From Octopus bimaculoides (Eukaryota), in assembly GCF_001194135.2 (NCBI RefSeq), contig NC_068990.1, positions 32,653,583 to 32,717,582 of the forward strand: DNA of 64,000 nt, given 5' to 3'. Shown piece after piece: positions 24,850 through 37,980 of the stretch. Each line of letters opens with the position of its first letter. Position 1 is the first letter of the stretch. A program made the position numbers and the translations under genes. The notes under the pieces are model-generated. The model was not told the DNA's origin and searched no databases. It saw only the letters and a program-made list of their open reading frames with translations.

Positions 24850-24897
24850 TTGTAGCTGAAGAGGAGATAACCACTCTGAAATGCATGCATCCCACCG
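24850..24897 (+). ncRNA. candidate minimal type I hammerhead ribozyme (Penelope/retrozyme-type), degenerate
   Basis: CTGAAGA (24856-62), stem II GGAG/CTCT with a 7-nt loop, GAAA (24878-81), palindromic stem III ATGCATGCAT, cleavage triplet AUC (C24891), and stem I with 3 of the first 4 pairs intact. Confidence 0.45.
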
Positions 24898-25093
24898 TCT
24901 GATTATAAGTCACAGTGAGCTGACTCAGTGTGTTTGCACCTATTTGTCAACAGCAAGAAATTCTCTCCATGACAAAATGGCTTTCATAGGAGTTTGTATT
25001 TATACACATCACTGTTTAGTTATGTTAGTACACATATCATTATCATCATCATCATTGTTTAGCATCTGCTTTCCATGCTGGCATGGATTAGAC

Positions 25094-25389
25094 CAATGCT
25101 TCTCAAACTATTTGATGTGGTGTATTGGCAGTTTTTTTTTCAATGTGTCAGGGACCGGTAATATTTCTTAGTAATATTAATTTATACCGGAAACGATGTA
25201 TATATATATATAATGAATATAATAAAAGTTGACAATTTTTTAATATTTTATATATTTTGTAAACAAATAATACAACATTATATAAGCATTTTATAACGTT
25301 TCTTTCTTTTCTGGAAGCTTGCCATGTACCGGCAGCTGATGGCTCACGAACTGGTGCCGGTCTGTGAGCCACCACTTTGAGTAGCACTG
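25094..25389. mobile_element. hAT (Charlie-like) MITE inserted in a reversed RTE tail
   Basis: Termini CAATGCTTCTCAAA / TTTGAGTAGCACTG and an 8-bp TSD GATTAGAC (25086-93) / GATTAGAT (25390-97). RTE tail sequence lies on both sides. Confidence 0.85.
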
Positions 25390-25879
25390 GATTAGATAAT
25401 TTGACTAGAACTTACAAACCAGAGCACTGTACCAGGCTCCAGTCTGGTTTGGCTTTTACTCTATATCAATTTTTTAGATATCACATAGTCATTTGTAAAT
25501 ACAACATGATTGTTTATTTGAAAACATTCTATTGTATCAAATTACTAATTAACTTAGTTTTATATCACAAATAGTTTGTATTCTTCATAGTCATTATTTT
25601 CTTTTTGTGAAGCAATAACTGATTAAATAAGGAATACGTTCTAAAGACTACACATCTAAATGATGGCCAGATTTAAAAATAATAAAAATTTATAAGTTAA
25701 GCATATTGGATGCCCTTCCATATGCCAACCAACCCACAGAGAGTAATGGGTGCCTTTTACATGTCACCAGCATGGGTGCTTTTTATGTGTCACTGGCACA
25801 AGCAACTTTTATTTATCACCAGCGCTGACCACCAACTATGATACATACATACATACATACATACATGTGCATATCCAAG

Positions 25880-26067
25880 ATTTATTTGTTTAACAACTGA
25901 ATGAATTTAATAAAAGCATCTCAATATGAAACACCACGAAAATTGTTCAAACTGAAGTTCTAAGTCGTTCTTGATTGACACATTTTTCCATTCAAGTCAA
26001 TACAGAATTACAGATAGTATTTATGGAATTTTGATTTACTGTGGGGTGACTTTTGGCCAACCCTGTA
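25880..26067. mobile_element. Tc1/mariner-type MITE, right end only
   Basis: Ends GATTTACTGTGGGGTGACTTTTGGCCAACCCTG-TA, the same TIR as 28442-28679. The left boundary is uncertain. Confidence 0.7.
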
Positions 26068-27420
26068 TATGAATATATAATATATTGTGACCTGTGCCCA
26101 CCTCCTCCAACTAATTACACCTGAAATTCCTCTTCTTATCTTATGTGTCACACTGCTTCCTTCACCAAATTATATATATAAGGTATATATAATATGTATA
26201 TAATATAAAATGTATATTATATATATCATATAACATATGTATATATTATATACATATATATATATTACATATACACATATATGTAACATAGATATGATAC
26301 ATATATGTATAAAATATACATAACATGTATATAGTATATATATTAAATATATATTATATGTACATATGTATTATATAAATGTATACACACACACACACAC
26401 ACACACATACACACATGTACCTATATATATATACATGAATGCTTGTGCTTATCAATTTATGTTCTCCCTACATATGTATGATTATGTATGTTTGTGTGTG
26501 TGCGGTGGGGGAGGTATGTGTGCGGATGCATGCTTGTGCATGAATGTGAGACAATATGTCGGGAGAGAAGTACAGATAAGTGCAGTGAAATGTATCATGT
26601 GGTTACATGGTTGGGAATAATTCTGACATGAATCTAGAGACATATTTAGGCAGAAGTTTTGTTCCAAGCAAATTAAAACACATCCTTGCTTCCTCTAACA
26701 TAACTTGATTATCATACCTTTTCAGTGAACAGTGAAAAATGTTCTTGGAATCGACATGTTTACAATAAACTTCTGTCTATACTTATTACAAGTTTGCATT
26801 GCTGGTTCAGTTCAAGAAAACCTGACATATCACTAAGAGTAGTTGTGGTGGTGGTGGTGGTGGTTGTATGTTGTAGTGGTGGTGGCAGTGATGAAAGTGG
26901 TGATGGTAGAAGCGTGTGTGTTTGTGTGTCAGTAGAAGTTTTTAGTTACAGTGATTTCATTTATTTTCTCCTTGTATTGTTTTGTTTTTTTATGGTTTTA
27001 ATGGATTCCTAGAAATTTGTGTAAGGAAGTGTAAAAAGAAGAATGGTATGGTTTCTTAGAGTTAATCCTTGCCTGTATTATAATATTTCATCTTCGTACA
27101 ATATATGGTTGAATAGATTGATATATTCAACATCCAACTAGTTTGCTTGGCGTTGCGGAAATATTGTCATATATTTTAGACAATGCATTCGCTTTAATTC
27201 ATACTGATATTAGGAGTAAACAGAGTGATAATCTTTGGGCAATTGGGACTGTGTTTTATCCAGGAGGAGATGTATTTCACATCTTCTAACATTAACTATA
27301 GCAACACCCTTGCTCTTATGAGCTTTCGTGGAAAATGGATATGTCAGATTAATTTCTGATTACAGAGAAAGTGGTTAGCTATAAATTCCTTAATTCTGTA
27401 TGAGAATACAGGGTTAAGGA

Positions 27421-27470
<50 letters not shown>

Positions 27471-27646
27471 NNNNNNNNNNTGTGTGTGCGTGCGTGCGTG
27501 CGTGTGTGTGTGTGTGTGTCTCTCTCTCTTTTGGCTATATGTATTATTACTACTCACAGGTCACAACTTATATAATAGTGAATGTAAATGCAATCAGGCA
27601 CACATACACATACCAATATACATACATATGTACATACATGTGTGCG

Positions 27647-27693
<47 letters not shown>

Positions 27694-28120
27694 AAAATAA
27701 TATATATATATGTATGTATGTATATGATGATGATGAGATTCTTTCAGTTTCTGTCTACCAAGTCCTCTTGGTCAGCCTGGAACTATAATAGAAGAAGACA
27801 CTTGTCAAAGGTGTAGTACAGTGGAACTGAACCTGAAACCATGTGGTTGGCAATCAAACTTAACAACCATCCAGACATTTAATTATTTTTTTGACATAAG
27901 ATTACTGAATTTCTATGAAATCTGTTCTTGTGTGCTTTTAATATTTTTCTTTCAAATTCATTTTTCAATGTGTGCTGTAATTTGGTGTTAATTAAATCAA
28001 CTATGACACTCACATAAATAGCCTGTTGTCATGGTTATACTACCTTATATAGCATGATAACTATAACTACTTCCCACACACACTGGTGAGATTAATGTTG
28101 TTGATATTAGGATTAAGCTC

Positions 28121-28340
28121 GGTAGCAAGCTGGCAGAATCATTAGCATGCCTGGCAAAATGTTTAACTGCACTTCATCTGTCTTTACATTCTGAGTTTGA
28201 ATTCTGCCAAGGTTGACTTTGTCTTTCATCCTTTTGGGGGTTGATAGAATAGCTACCAGCTGAACACTGGAGATGATGTAATCGACTTAACTCATTCAGG
28301 TGGAATTGCTGGCTTTGTGCCAAAATTTGAAATCAATATT
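28121..28340 (+). mobile_element. SINE family B
   Basis: Same head and body as the other family B copies, with tail GCTGGCTTTGTGCCAAAATTTGAAATCAATATT. Confidence 0.8.
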
Positions 28341-28441
28341 AAAATAAAGCTTTTGTAGATTGTATTAATAGGATGAGAAGATATTTTGTAGAAATGTGAT
28401 TATGAGAAAAGGGGATTTAGTGAAAAAGGAAGTGTGACATA

Positions 28442-28679
28442 CAGGGTTGGCCAAAAGTCACCCGACAGTAAATCAAGATTCCATAAATACTTAATATTCA
28501 CTTTTATTTATTCATTCCAATCATGAATGTTTAATAATTAAATGCTGTGAGTTAAGAATCACTCTTTCTTTTCAACATTTGTCTATTTATTAGCAAAGTC
28601 TCATATCAAATAATTTTTTGTTTCAATCCTGGAATTAAATGGTTTTGATTTACTGTCAGGTGACTTTTGGCTAACCCTG
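28442..28679. mobile_element. Tc1/mariner-type MITE, 238 bp, complete
   Basis: TIRs of about 35 bp, CAGGGTTGGCCAAAAGTCACCCGACAGTAAATCAA / TTGATTTACTGTCAGGTGACTTTTGGCTAACCCTG, with TA on both sides. Confidence 0.92.
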
Positions 28680-28814
28680 TATAAGAAAAGATAAGAGGAG
28701 GAATTTTGGGTGTAATGGGTAGGATGAGGTGGGTGCAGATCACAACTTGAAATTTTAGAGTAGAGGCTGTTGTAGAAGCAGGAGAATAGTCTGAGAGGAG
28801 ACACAGTAAGCTAA

Positions 28815-29960
28815 TTATCAACCTCGTTTAATGTCTGTTTTCCATGCTGGCATGGGTTGGATGATTTTACAGGAACTGGTAAGCTAGAGAACTGTGCTAA
28901 GCTTCATCAGCTTTGGCATGGTTTCTAGCAATTATATTTTCAGAACATCCTCCTCCACTGTTAATTTGGTCACCAAGGTAAAAAAAAATCAATCTACAAC
29001 CTCTAGGAAGCCTCCTAGATATTTGAGAATATATAATTTCCATGTGTTCTTAGTGTTTACTGCTCCTATGCATCTCTATTAACCTATCTGTGATTCCACT
29101 TCACCTGTTATGTGTCCATAGCTTGCTCTGAATGCATCAAATGGAATTCCTTTCAACACCTTTTCTATATATTGAGCAGGACCATTTATCTGACAGAAAG
29201 AGTTGTGTCTGCTTTCTTGCTAGCTACAACTTTGGTCTTTGCTAGCTTAACTTTCAGGTTCATGATTCCAGGTTTTGCTTTCATATCTGGAATTTCTTTT
29301 CCAGTTCTGCTACAGATTCTGCTGTAAGTATGATATCATCAGCACATAGCACTTTGCATGGACGGTCAGTCTTAAATTCATCTGTTCTGTCCTGGAGGAC
29401 TTATGATGAATAAGAAGGAACTGAGGACTGGTAAAACTCCTAGTTGTACACTAAATTCATCACTGCACTCATGGCTGACTCTCATCCCACTGAGCCCCTA
29501 TACATTGCTTGTATGGCTCTCACAAGCTATTTGTTTACTCCTAAGGTCCATAGAGACCAGCATGTAATAGAATGAGGGACTCTTTCAAAGGCTGGCTCCA
29601 GGCTGATGAATACCAAGTACAAAGAATGAATTTCAGCTCGATACTTCCCATGCAGATATCTCATTAGGAAGATGGTTCACAATCAAACTGCATCACATTT
29701 AGTCTAATTCTGTTCCTATTCAACTGGGCTATAACTCTCTTTGTAACTACCATAACCTGGACCAGGAATTTGATACCTCTGTACTTGTTTCTATTCAAGG
29801 CATCTCCTTTACCCTTGTAGCAGCTAACTATAATGCTGCTATATGACGTCTTCCTGTACCACTTGACTGACTATATGACTTTACTTGCCTTCGTATCTGC
29901 AATTGCTTTATCTATCACACTGTTGTTAACACTAATGACTGGTTGTGTAACAGTGTGAGA
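28815..29960 (-). mobile_element. RTE LINE, degraded RT domain plus 3' tail (internally deleted)
   Basis: Minus-strand IIVSCYKGKGDALNRNKYRGIKFL, ISLEPAFERVP (VDLEKAFDRVP), VLCADDIILTAES (LYADD) and KLAKTKV. Reversed tail at 28815-28935. Confidence 0.85.
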
Positions 29961-30024
29961 TATGTTAGCAGAGCTAAAATGTGGGGGCTTTTTTGTGTTC
30001 TGTATATAATCAAGTTTTCTGCAT

Positions 30025-30477
30025 AGGTGAAGGAGTGGCTGTGTGGTAAGTAGCTTGCTTACCAACCACATGGTTCCGGGTTCAGTCCCACTGTGTGGTA
30101 CCTTGGGCAAGTGTCTTCTACTATAGTCTCGGGCTGACCAAAGCCTTGTGAGTGGATTTAGGAGACGGAAACTGAAAGAAGACGTTGTATATATGTACAT
30201 GTATGTATATATGTGTGTGTGTTTGTGTGTCTGTGTTTGTCCCCCCAACAGCGCTTGACAACCGATGCTGGTGTGTTTACGTCCCCGTAACATAGCGGTT
30301 TGGCAAAATGAGACCGATAGAATAAGTACTAGGCTTACAAANNNNNNNNNNAAATGAGACCGATAGAATAAGTACTAGGCTTACAAAGAATAAGTCCTGG
30401 AGTCGATTTGCTTAACTAAAGGAGGTACTCCAGCATGGCCGCAGTCAAATGACTGAAACAAGTAAAAGAGTAAAAAA
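30025..30477 (+). mobile_element. SINE family A, near consensus (contains a 10-N gap with duplicated flanks)
   Basis: Complete head, CORE-like block, microsatellite and tail. Confidence 0.92.
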
Positions 30478-30904
30478 GTGGTTTATTAACAGTCATATTT
30501 CTGATCACTGATAACACAATATCTGGTGTTAAAATACAAGTATTCCACATGGTTTATATACACTAGTTCTACGAAAAATTATGCCAACTCTAAAAACCCA
30601 GACATTCTTCCCATGCAGCACCTTGAAATTTGCTCCCACTTGCCCATGTTCTTGAGTTCTCAATACTATGAAGGGGCAATATTGGCTGGCTTGAGAACCA
30701 GTTGTATAGTGGAAGTCTCGCCTTTGTGACACAGTTTTAGCAATGTTGTATGTTTGGACAATTGAACTACAGCAATTGTCCTCCTTAATAGCAATCATGA
30801 AAAATATGTAACATAATTTTGGATCCTTGTTACATTACATATAATTAGCTTCAAATAATACATTGCTGAAAACTGAAAGCCAAGGTTTATAAATATTAAT
30901 GATG

Positions 30905-31110
30905 ACAACAATAACAATAATAATAATTCTTTCTACTACAGATACAAGACCTGAAATGAAATTTTGGTGGGAGGGTGTTAGCCAGTCTCATCAATATCAG
31001 TAATTGACTGGACAAGTACTTTCTTTTATCAACTTTGAAAGTATGCAAGCAAAAGTTGTCCGCAGTGGGGTTTGAACTCAAAATGCAAAAAGGTGGAAAA
31101 AGCATTGGTA
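30905..31110 (-). mobile_element. SINE family B, degraded
   Basis: Reverse-complement match, including the tail AATTCTTTCTACTACAGATACAAGACCTGAAAT. Confidence 0.7.
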
Positions 31111-31146
31111 ATCCATTTGTGTGAAGTATATATGTAGGTGTGTGTG

Positions 31147-31179
<33 letters not shown>

Positions 31180-31351
31180 CTACATATATACTTATGTCAG
31201 GATAAAAGACACAGACCTCTGTTACAATGCAGCTTTGAAAATAGTAAAGTGTCAAAAATGGTAATGACATGTAGGAATGCATGCAGATATATAACACATA
31301 GACACCACACACACACACACATGTGTATGTACATATATATGTGTGTATGTA

Positions 31352-31406
<55 letters not shown>

Positions 31407-31675
31407 NNNNNNNNNNNNNNNNNNNNNNNNNNNNNNNNNNNNNNNNNNNNNNNNNNNNNNNNNNNNNNNNNNNNNNNNNNNNNNNNNNNNNNNNNNNNNN
31501 NNNNNNNNNNNNNNNNNNNNNNNNNNNNNNNNNNNNNNNNNNNNNNNNNNNNNNNNNNNNNNNNNNNNNNNNNNNNNNNNNNNNNNNNNNNNNNNNNNNN
31601 NNNNNNNNNNNNNNNNNNNNNNNNNNNNNNNNNNNNNNNNNNNNNNNNNNNNNNNNNNNNNNNNNNNNNNNNNNN

Positions 31676-31720
<45 letters not shown>

Positions 31721-31805
31721 TCTTTATACTTTTCTTTTATTTGTTTCAGTCCTTTGATAGCAGCCATGCTGATACATACATAGTATATATTTATATATAA
31801 ATATA

Positions 31806-31945
31806 ATCATCATCATTTAAGGTCTGTGTCTTTTATGCTGACATAAGTATATATGGAGGTGTGTGTGTGTATATATATATATACACACACACACCTACAT
31901 ATATACTTATGTCAGCATAGAGGACACAAACCTTAAATGATGATG
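31806..31945. repeat. near-perfect palindrome of about 140 bp centred on (TA)n
   Basis: CATCATCATTTAAGGTCTGTGTC..GACATAAGTATATATG..GTGTGTGTATA / TATACACACAC..CATATATACTTATGTCAGCA..GACACAAACCTTAAATGATGATG, with about 4 mismatches per arm of about 68 bp. Confidence 0.9.
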
Positions 31946-32029
31946 AATACACACACAAATATATATGTGTATTTATACATGTATATATATATCATACATA
32001 CACATATATATGAATATATGTGTGTGTGC

Positions 32030-32072
<43 letters not shown>

Positions 32073-32264
32073 TATATGCATTGTGTGTGTGTATGCATGT
32101 GTGCATGTGTGTGTATTTATGGCAAAATTTGTGTATGAAGGTTTATTCAATCCCTGACTTAGCAGGAGAAGTCACCTTAAACAAGTATCTTATTTAAATG
32201 TATGCATATTTGTATTCATTTGTGTATGTGCCTCTGTGTGTGTGTATGTGTGTGTGTATGTATG

Positions 32265-32302
<38 letters not shown>

Positions 32303-32782
32303 CACACACACATACTTACATATATATATATATATTCACACATACGCACACATAAAGATCCCATATACACAATACTGATTATTATTCTTCTGCATGCTCA
32401 CTTTAGACAGAAATGGCTTTCATTAGAAAAGTGGTAGGTTATTGAAAAATTATGTAATGGCATGACTATATATTGTATGTGTATATGTATGTAAGGTAGG
32501 CATGTGATGACCATGCACTGAGTGTGTATATTGTATATATTGTAACACAGAAGAATGGTAAATTTATTACTTCCAGAGATAGAACAAATTTAGATAGGAG
32601 TATTGGTTATTTGGTTATGTGTGTGTGTGTGTGTGTTCATGTGTGTGTTTAGCTATTCAATATCATACATCATTTATGTATGTATGTGTTCATATGAAAG
32701 CTGGCATGTAAGTGATAGGTATATGACTGCATATGTGTGTGTACATGAGTGTGTCTCTGTGTGTGTGTGTGTATGTATGTAT

Positions 32783-32813
<31 letters not shown>

Positions 32814-33287
32814 AGCTAGGAAAGTATTGGCAGGTATTGTTAAATACACACAAAAGCTGATATATATTTGTATACACACTTTCATAGACATGTATAGGAG
32901 ATAAATATGTCACTGCATGTATGATATTTGGAAGAAATTTAACCATGAATGTGTCTGTACACACACATATATATACATATATATGTATATATATATATAT
33001 ATACTTATACATATAATATACATATGTACATATGTGTATNNNNNNNNNNNNNNNNNNNNNNNNNNNNNNNNNNNNNNNNNNNNNNNNNNNNNNNNNNNNN
33101 NNNNNNNNNNNNNNNNNNNNNNNNNNNNNNNNNNNNNNNNNNNNNNNNNNNNNNNNNNNNNNNNNNNNNNNNNNNNNNNNNNNNNNNNNNNNNNNNNNNN
33201 NNNTATATAAACCTGTATATTTATCGATATACAAATGTACATATGTATATATACATATGCTTTTGTGTACATACAGGTACATTTATA

Positions 33288-33335
<48 letters not shown>

Positions 33336-34098
33336 CTAGGAAAGTATTGGCAGGTATTGTTAAATACACACAAAAGCTGATATATATTTGTATACACACT
33401 TTCATAGACATGTATAGGAGATAAATATGTCACTGCATGTATGATATTTGGAAGAAATTTAACCATGAATGTGTCTGTACACACACATATATATACATAT
33501 ATATGTATATATATATATATATACTTATACATATAATATACATATGTACATATGTGTATGTTTATATGTATATACATATGTGTGTGTGTATGTTTGCATG
33601 TGTGTATGTGTGTGTGAAAATAGTCTCATTACCATATAAAACTATGGACTTTTCTTACTCCATGTCCCCTCCCCCTCTATCTGTCTCCTCCTTCTCTTCC
33701 TCTCAAATATGCAAATATTCTGCCTCCATCTTAGTCTCTAACTTTTAAACTTCTTCCCCTCTGCCTCCTCCTCTTCAACCACATTTCCCATGCCACCTCC
33801 TCCCACTGCTACCATTCTCCAATCTTTCACTGAGAACCCCCTCTCACTTCTCTTCTTATTCTGCATTGAAATATCTTAGTTTCCTCCGCCTATTTCATTC
33901 ACATTCATAACACAACAAGCACACACGCACGCACACACACACACACACACACACATTATCTCTCTATGTATTTATCTTTCTGTCTATATGTGTATATGTG
34001 GGTGTGTGTATGAGAGAGAGAGAGAGAGAGAGAGACTATGTGTGAATGTATGTGTGTGTATGAGTGTATGTGTGTATGTATGGGTATTAATATGTGTT

Positions 34099-34314
34099 AT
34101 TTCTTTACTACCCACAAGGGGCTACACACAGAGGGGACAAACAAGAACAGACAAATGGATGGAGTCGATTATATTGACCCCAGTGCGTAACTGGTACTTA
34201 TTTAATCGACCCCGAAAGTCGACCTCGGCGGAATTTGAACCCAGAACGTAGCGGCAGACGAAATACCGCTAAGCATTTCGCCCGGCGTGCTAACATTTCT
34301 GCCAGCTCACCGCC
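34099..34314 (-). mobile_element. SINE family B, young CpG-rich copy
   Basis: Reverse complement GGCGGTGAGCTGGCAGAAATGTTAGCACGCCGGGCGAAATGCTTAGCGG...GTTCAAATTCCGCCGAGGTCGAC, with tail TAGCCCCTTGTGGGTAGTAAAGAAAT. Confidence 0.9.
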
Positions 34315-34559
34315 TTAATATATGTGTGTGTCACCGTATTAATATGTGTGTGTGTACATCTCTCTCTCTCCTGCTTTTTCTCTCCCCCTCTCTCTTATGT
34401 GAATTTCTATTTATTCATACCTCCTCTTCTTCTATGTCTTTCTCTTTCACCTCCCACCGATACTATTGCCACTTTCTACCCAACCCTCATTAATAATTTC
34501 ACAGTATTTCCCCTTAAATATTTTCACTGTTTCTATTTCTTCTCTCTTTCTTTTTTCTC

Positions 34560-35448
34560 TCACACATATACAAACACACACACACACACACACACATACG
34601 CATACACCAATTTGTAGATAGATAGATATACGGTTGTGTAACCCTCAGTTCCATCCTCTCACCTTTACCTTTTGCTTTCATCCTCTTTCTCCTTCCTTCT
34701 ATCTCTCCTCCCACTCTTCACTCTCCCTTTCTCTCTCTCTCCTTTCTTTCCCTGTCTCTCTTTCTCATTTCTCCTCCTCCAACCCCCCTCCCTCCTATCT
34801 GCCTTTCCATTTCTATTTTTCTCTCTCTCTCCCTTTTTACTCTGTTTTTTCACCTGTCCACCTCTCACTAACTACCAATCACCACCACCATCATCAACGT
34901 CATCACCATCATCATCATCACCACCATTATCTTCTTCATCCTCACTACCACCAGCACCTCTGCCGCCACCACCACCACCACCACCACCAGTACTACTACC
35001 ATCACCATCTCCACCGCCATCATAACCACTATGACCACCACCATTATCATCATCATCATCATCATCATCATCATCGTCATTAATATAATATCAGAACCCT
35101 GTGTTACATACTAATATGTTAATGTCCTGTGTCTTTTAACTGGTAACATTGTCCAAGTGTTCAACTGCTATCATTTGGTGGTGGTGGACATGGTGGAGTA
35201 GCTACCTGTCCACTCCATCATAATATCACCACCACCACCACCACCACCACCACTCATTTCTCTATTGTTTTTACTCTTTCCTTTCTCTTCTTACTACTAC
35301 TACTACTGCTACTCATCCTCCTTCTCATCTCTTACAATATTCTTGCAATGTTTCTCTTAATGTCTCTTCTTCATTTCTTATTTATTTATCTATTTGTTTA
35401 TTTCTTATTGTCCAACTTCTTTTCTTTCTACTACTTTTTAACTTCATT

Positions 35449-35481
<33 letters not shown>

Positions 35482-35870
35482 CTCCTCTTCCTCCTCCTCT
35501 TCCTCCTCCTNNNNNNNNNNNNNNNNNNNNNNNNNNNNNNNNNNNNNNNNNNNNNNNNNNNNNNNNNNNNNNNNNNNNNNNNNNNNNNNNNNNNNNNNNN
35601 NNNNNNNNNNNNNNNNNNNNNNNNNNNNNNNNNNNNNNNNNNNNNNNNNNNNNNNNNNNNNNNNNNNNNNNNNNNNNNNNNNNNNNNNNNNNNNNNNNNN
35701 NNNNNNNNNNNNNNNNNNNNNNNNNNNNNNNNNNNNNNNNNNNNNNNNNNNNNNNNNNNNNNNNNNNNNNNNNNNNNNNNNNNNNNNNNNTTTCACCTCC
35801 TCCTCCCCTCCTCCCAATTCTCCTCCTACTTCTCCTCCCTCTTCATCTCCTCCCTCCTCCTCCATTTTTG
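34560..35870. repeat. low-complexity block (CA, CT-rich, CAC/CAT and CCT/TCT triplet repeats)
   Basis: Direct observation; it explains the poly-His, poly-Ser and poly-Glu ORFs. Confidence 0.9.
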
Positions 35871-36519
35871 TTTCCTCCCAGTTTCTTCTTTCCATTCTAC
35901 TCCCCCTCCTCCAGCATCTCTCACTCAACTTATAACCTACTCACCCCCCACACAAAACTACACCCCCCACCTGCAATATTTATTTATCAAATTTATTCTC
36001 TCTGTCCTCAAACATGGTATCGACCCTCCCACCTCACCATTATATATATATATATCAACTTAATCCCTTTGTCTGTCCCCTCTATCTTTAGCCCCCTGTG
36101 GGCAATAAAGAAATATATATATATATCATCACTAACCCCTCCCACTTTCTTTGAGAAGTTAGTTTAAATTTTTTAACTTTGCTGTTTGGTCTTCATATAT
36201 GCAAAACACATGTTAAAGCCAGTAAGGTACCCAGAATTATTCACAATATTTGGGGTTGAAATGGAATCACATTATTTGAGAGATTAAGCTGGTCAACAAC
36301 TGACCAATGTAATTATCACTTTTGAGTACATGGTCAATATGCAATTATTGAGTACAATATTTCTCCTCTTGCCACCATTTGTATAGTGCTTTGGTGCTAG
36401 ACAGGTAAACTTGCAAACTTCTGTTTGTGTAACTAAATACTTCATGCTAATCCCTGCTTCGGTATCCCATAATACTAAATAATATGACACTGCATCCTTA
36501 TTATTATTATTATTATAAA

Positions 36520-36783
36520 GGTGGTGAGCTGGCAGAATTGTTAGAACACCGGGCAAAATTCTTGGAAGTATTTCATCTGCCCTTATGTTCTAAGTTCAAA
36601 TTTTGCCAAGGTCAGTTTTGTTTTTCATCCTTTCAGGGTTGATTAAATAAATACCAGTTACACACTGGGGTCAATGTAATCGACTTAATCCTTTCTCCCA
36701 AATTTCAGGCCTTGTGCCGATATTAGAAAGGATTATTATTATTATTATTATTATTGTTATTATTATTATTATTNNNNNNNNNN

Positions 36784-36823
<40 letters not shown>

Positions 36824-37496
36824 GGGCAGTGAGTTGGCTGAATCATTAGCATGCTGGGCGAAATGCTTAGTGGCATTTCATCTGCCTTTATGTTCTGAGA
36901 TCAAATTCTGCCGAGATCGACTTTGCCTTTCATCCTTTTGGGGTCAATAAAATAAGTACCATTTGAGTACTGGGATCATTGTAATCAACTATCCCCCCCC
37001 CCACACCAAATTTCAGGTCTTGTGCCTATTGTAGAAAGAATTATGATTATTATGATTATTATTATTGAGGCGGTGTGCTGGCAGAATCGTTAGCATGCTG
37101 GATAGAATGATTTGCGGCATTTCATCTGCTTTTACATTCTGAGTTCAAATCCCACTGAAGTCAACTTTGCCATTCATCATTTCAAGGTTGATAAAAGAAG
37201 TACCAATTGTGTACTGGGGTCAATGTAATTGGCATGTCCTCTCCTCGAAATTGCTGGCCTTGTGCCAAAATTTGAAACCATTATTATTATCATTATTACA
37301 AGGCAGTGAAAGGTGGTGAGCTGGCAGAATCGTTAGCATGCCGGACGAAATACTTAGTGGTATTTCACCCATCGCTACGTTCTGTGTTCAAATTCTGCTG
37401 AGGTTGACTTTGCCTTTCATCCTTTCAGGGTTGATAAATTGTGTCAGTGAAACGCTGGGGTCGATGTAAGGGACTTACACCTGCCAGCTCACCGCC

Positions 37497-37536
<40 letters not shown>

Positions 37537-37650
37537 TCCTTTCTACTGGTAGCACAAAGCCCTCTCCCAATATGGCTGCCTTGTGGTAAAATTTGAAACC
37601 ATGGTTACAGGGCAGTGAGCTGGCAAAATGCTTAGCAGCATTTCGTCAAC
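36520..37650 (+). mobile_element. tandem cluster of at least 4-5 SINE family B copies separated by (ATT)n
   Basis: Heads at about 36520, 36824, 37069, 37312 and 37610 are in the same orientation and most follow (TTA)n. A short reversed head lies at about 37480-37500. Confidence 0.88.
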
Positions 37651-37803
37651 CTTTATCTTCTGAAATTTTAGTCAACCAGGCTAAATATCAACCAATATTT
37701 AGGACTAATTCCATTCTGTTCTGAGTTCAAATCCTGCCGGTGCCAACTGCGTTCATATTGTCAGAGTTAAGAAAATAAGTTCCTACTATGTTCATCCTGG
37801 ACA

Positions 37804-37980
37804 CATCATCCTCATTTAACATCTATTGTCCATGCTGGCATGGATTGGATGGTTTGACCAGAGCTGGTAAGCTGGAGAGCTGCACCAGCCTCCAATCTGA
37901 TTTGGCATGGTTTCTACAGCTGGATGCCCTTCTTAATGCCAACCACTTGATGAGTGTGCTGTATGCTTTTATGTGGCACT
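37804..37980 (-). mobile_element. RTE LINE 3' tail
   Basis: Reverse complement of the RTE tail (TTTCTACAGCTGGATGCCCTTCTTAATGCCAACCAC). Confidence 0.8.

Noticed and set aside
27119-27290. Stop-free stretch of about 55 codons on the plus strand, and a KGVAI (APE-like) motif on the minus strand
   Set aside because: No ATG or splice support and no second diagnostic motif.
32790-33560. Identical direct duplication of about 250 bp on either side of an N gap (similarly 30300-30400)
   Set aside because: Typical scaffolding artefact where contig ends overlap; not evidence of a biological duplication.
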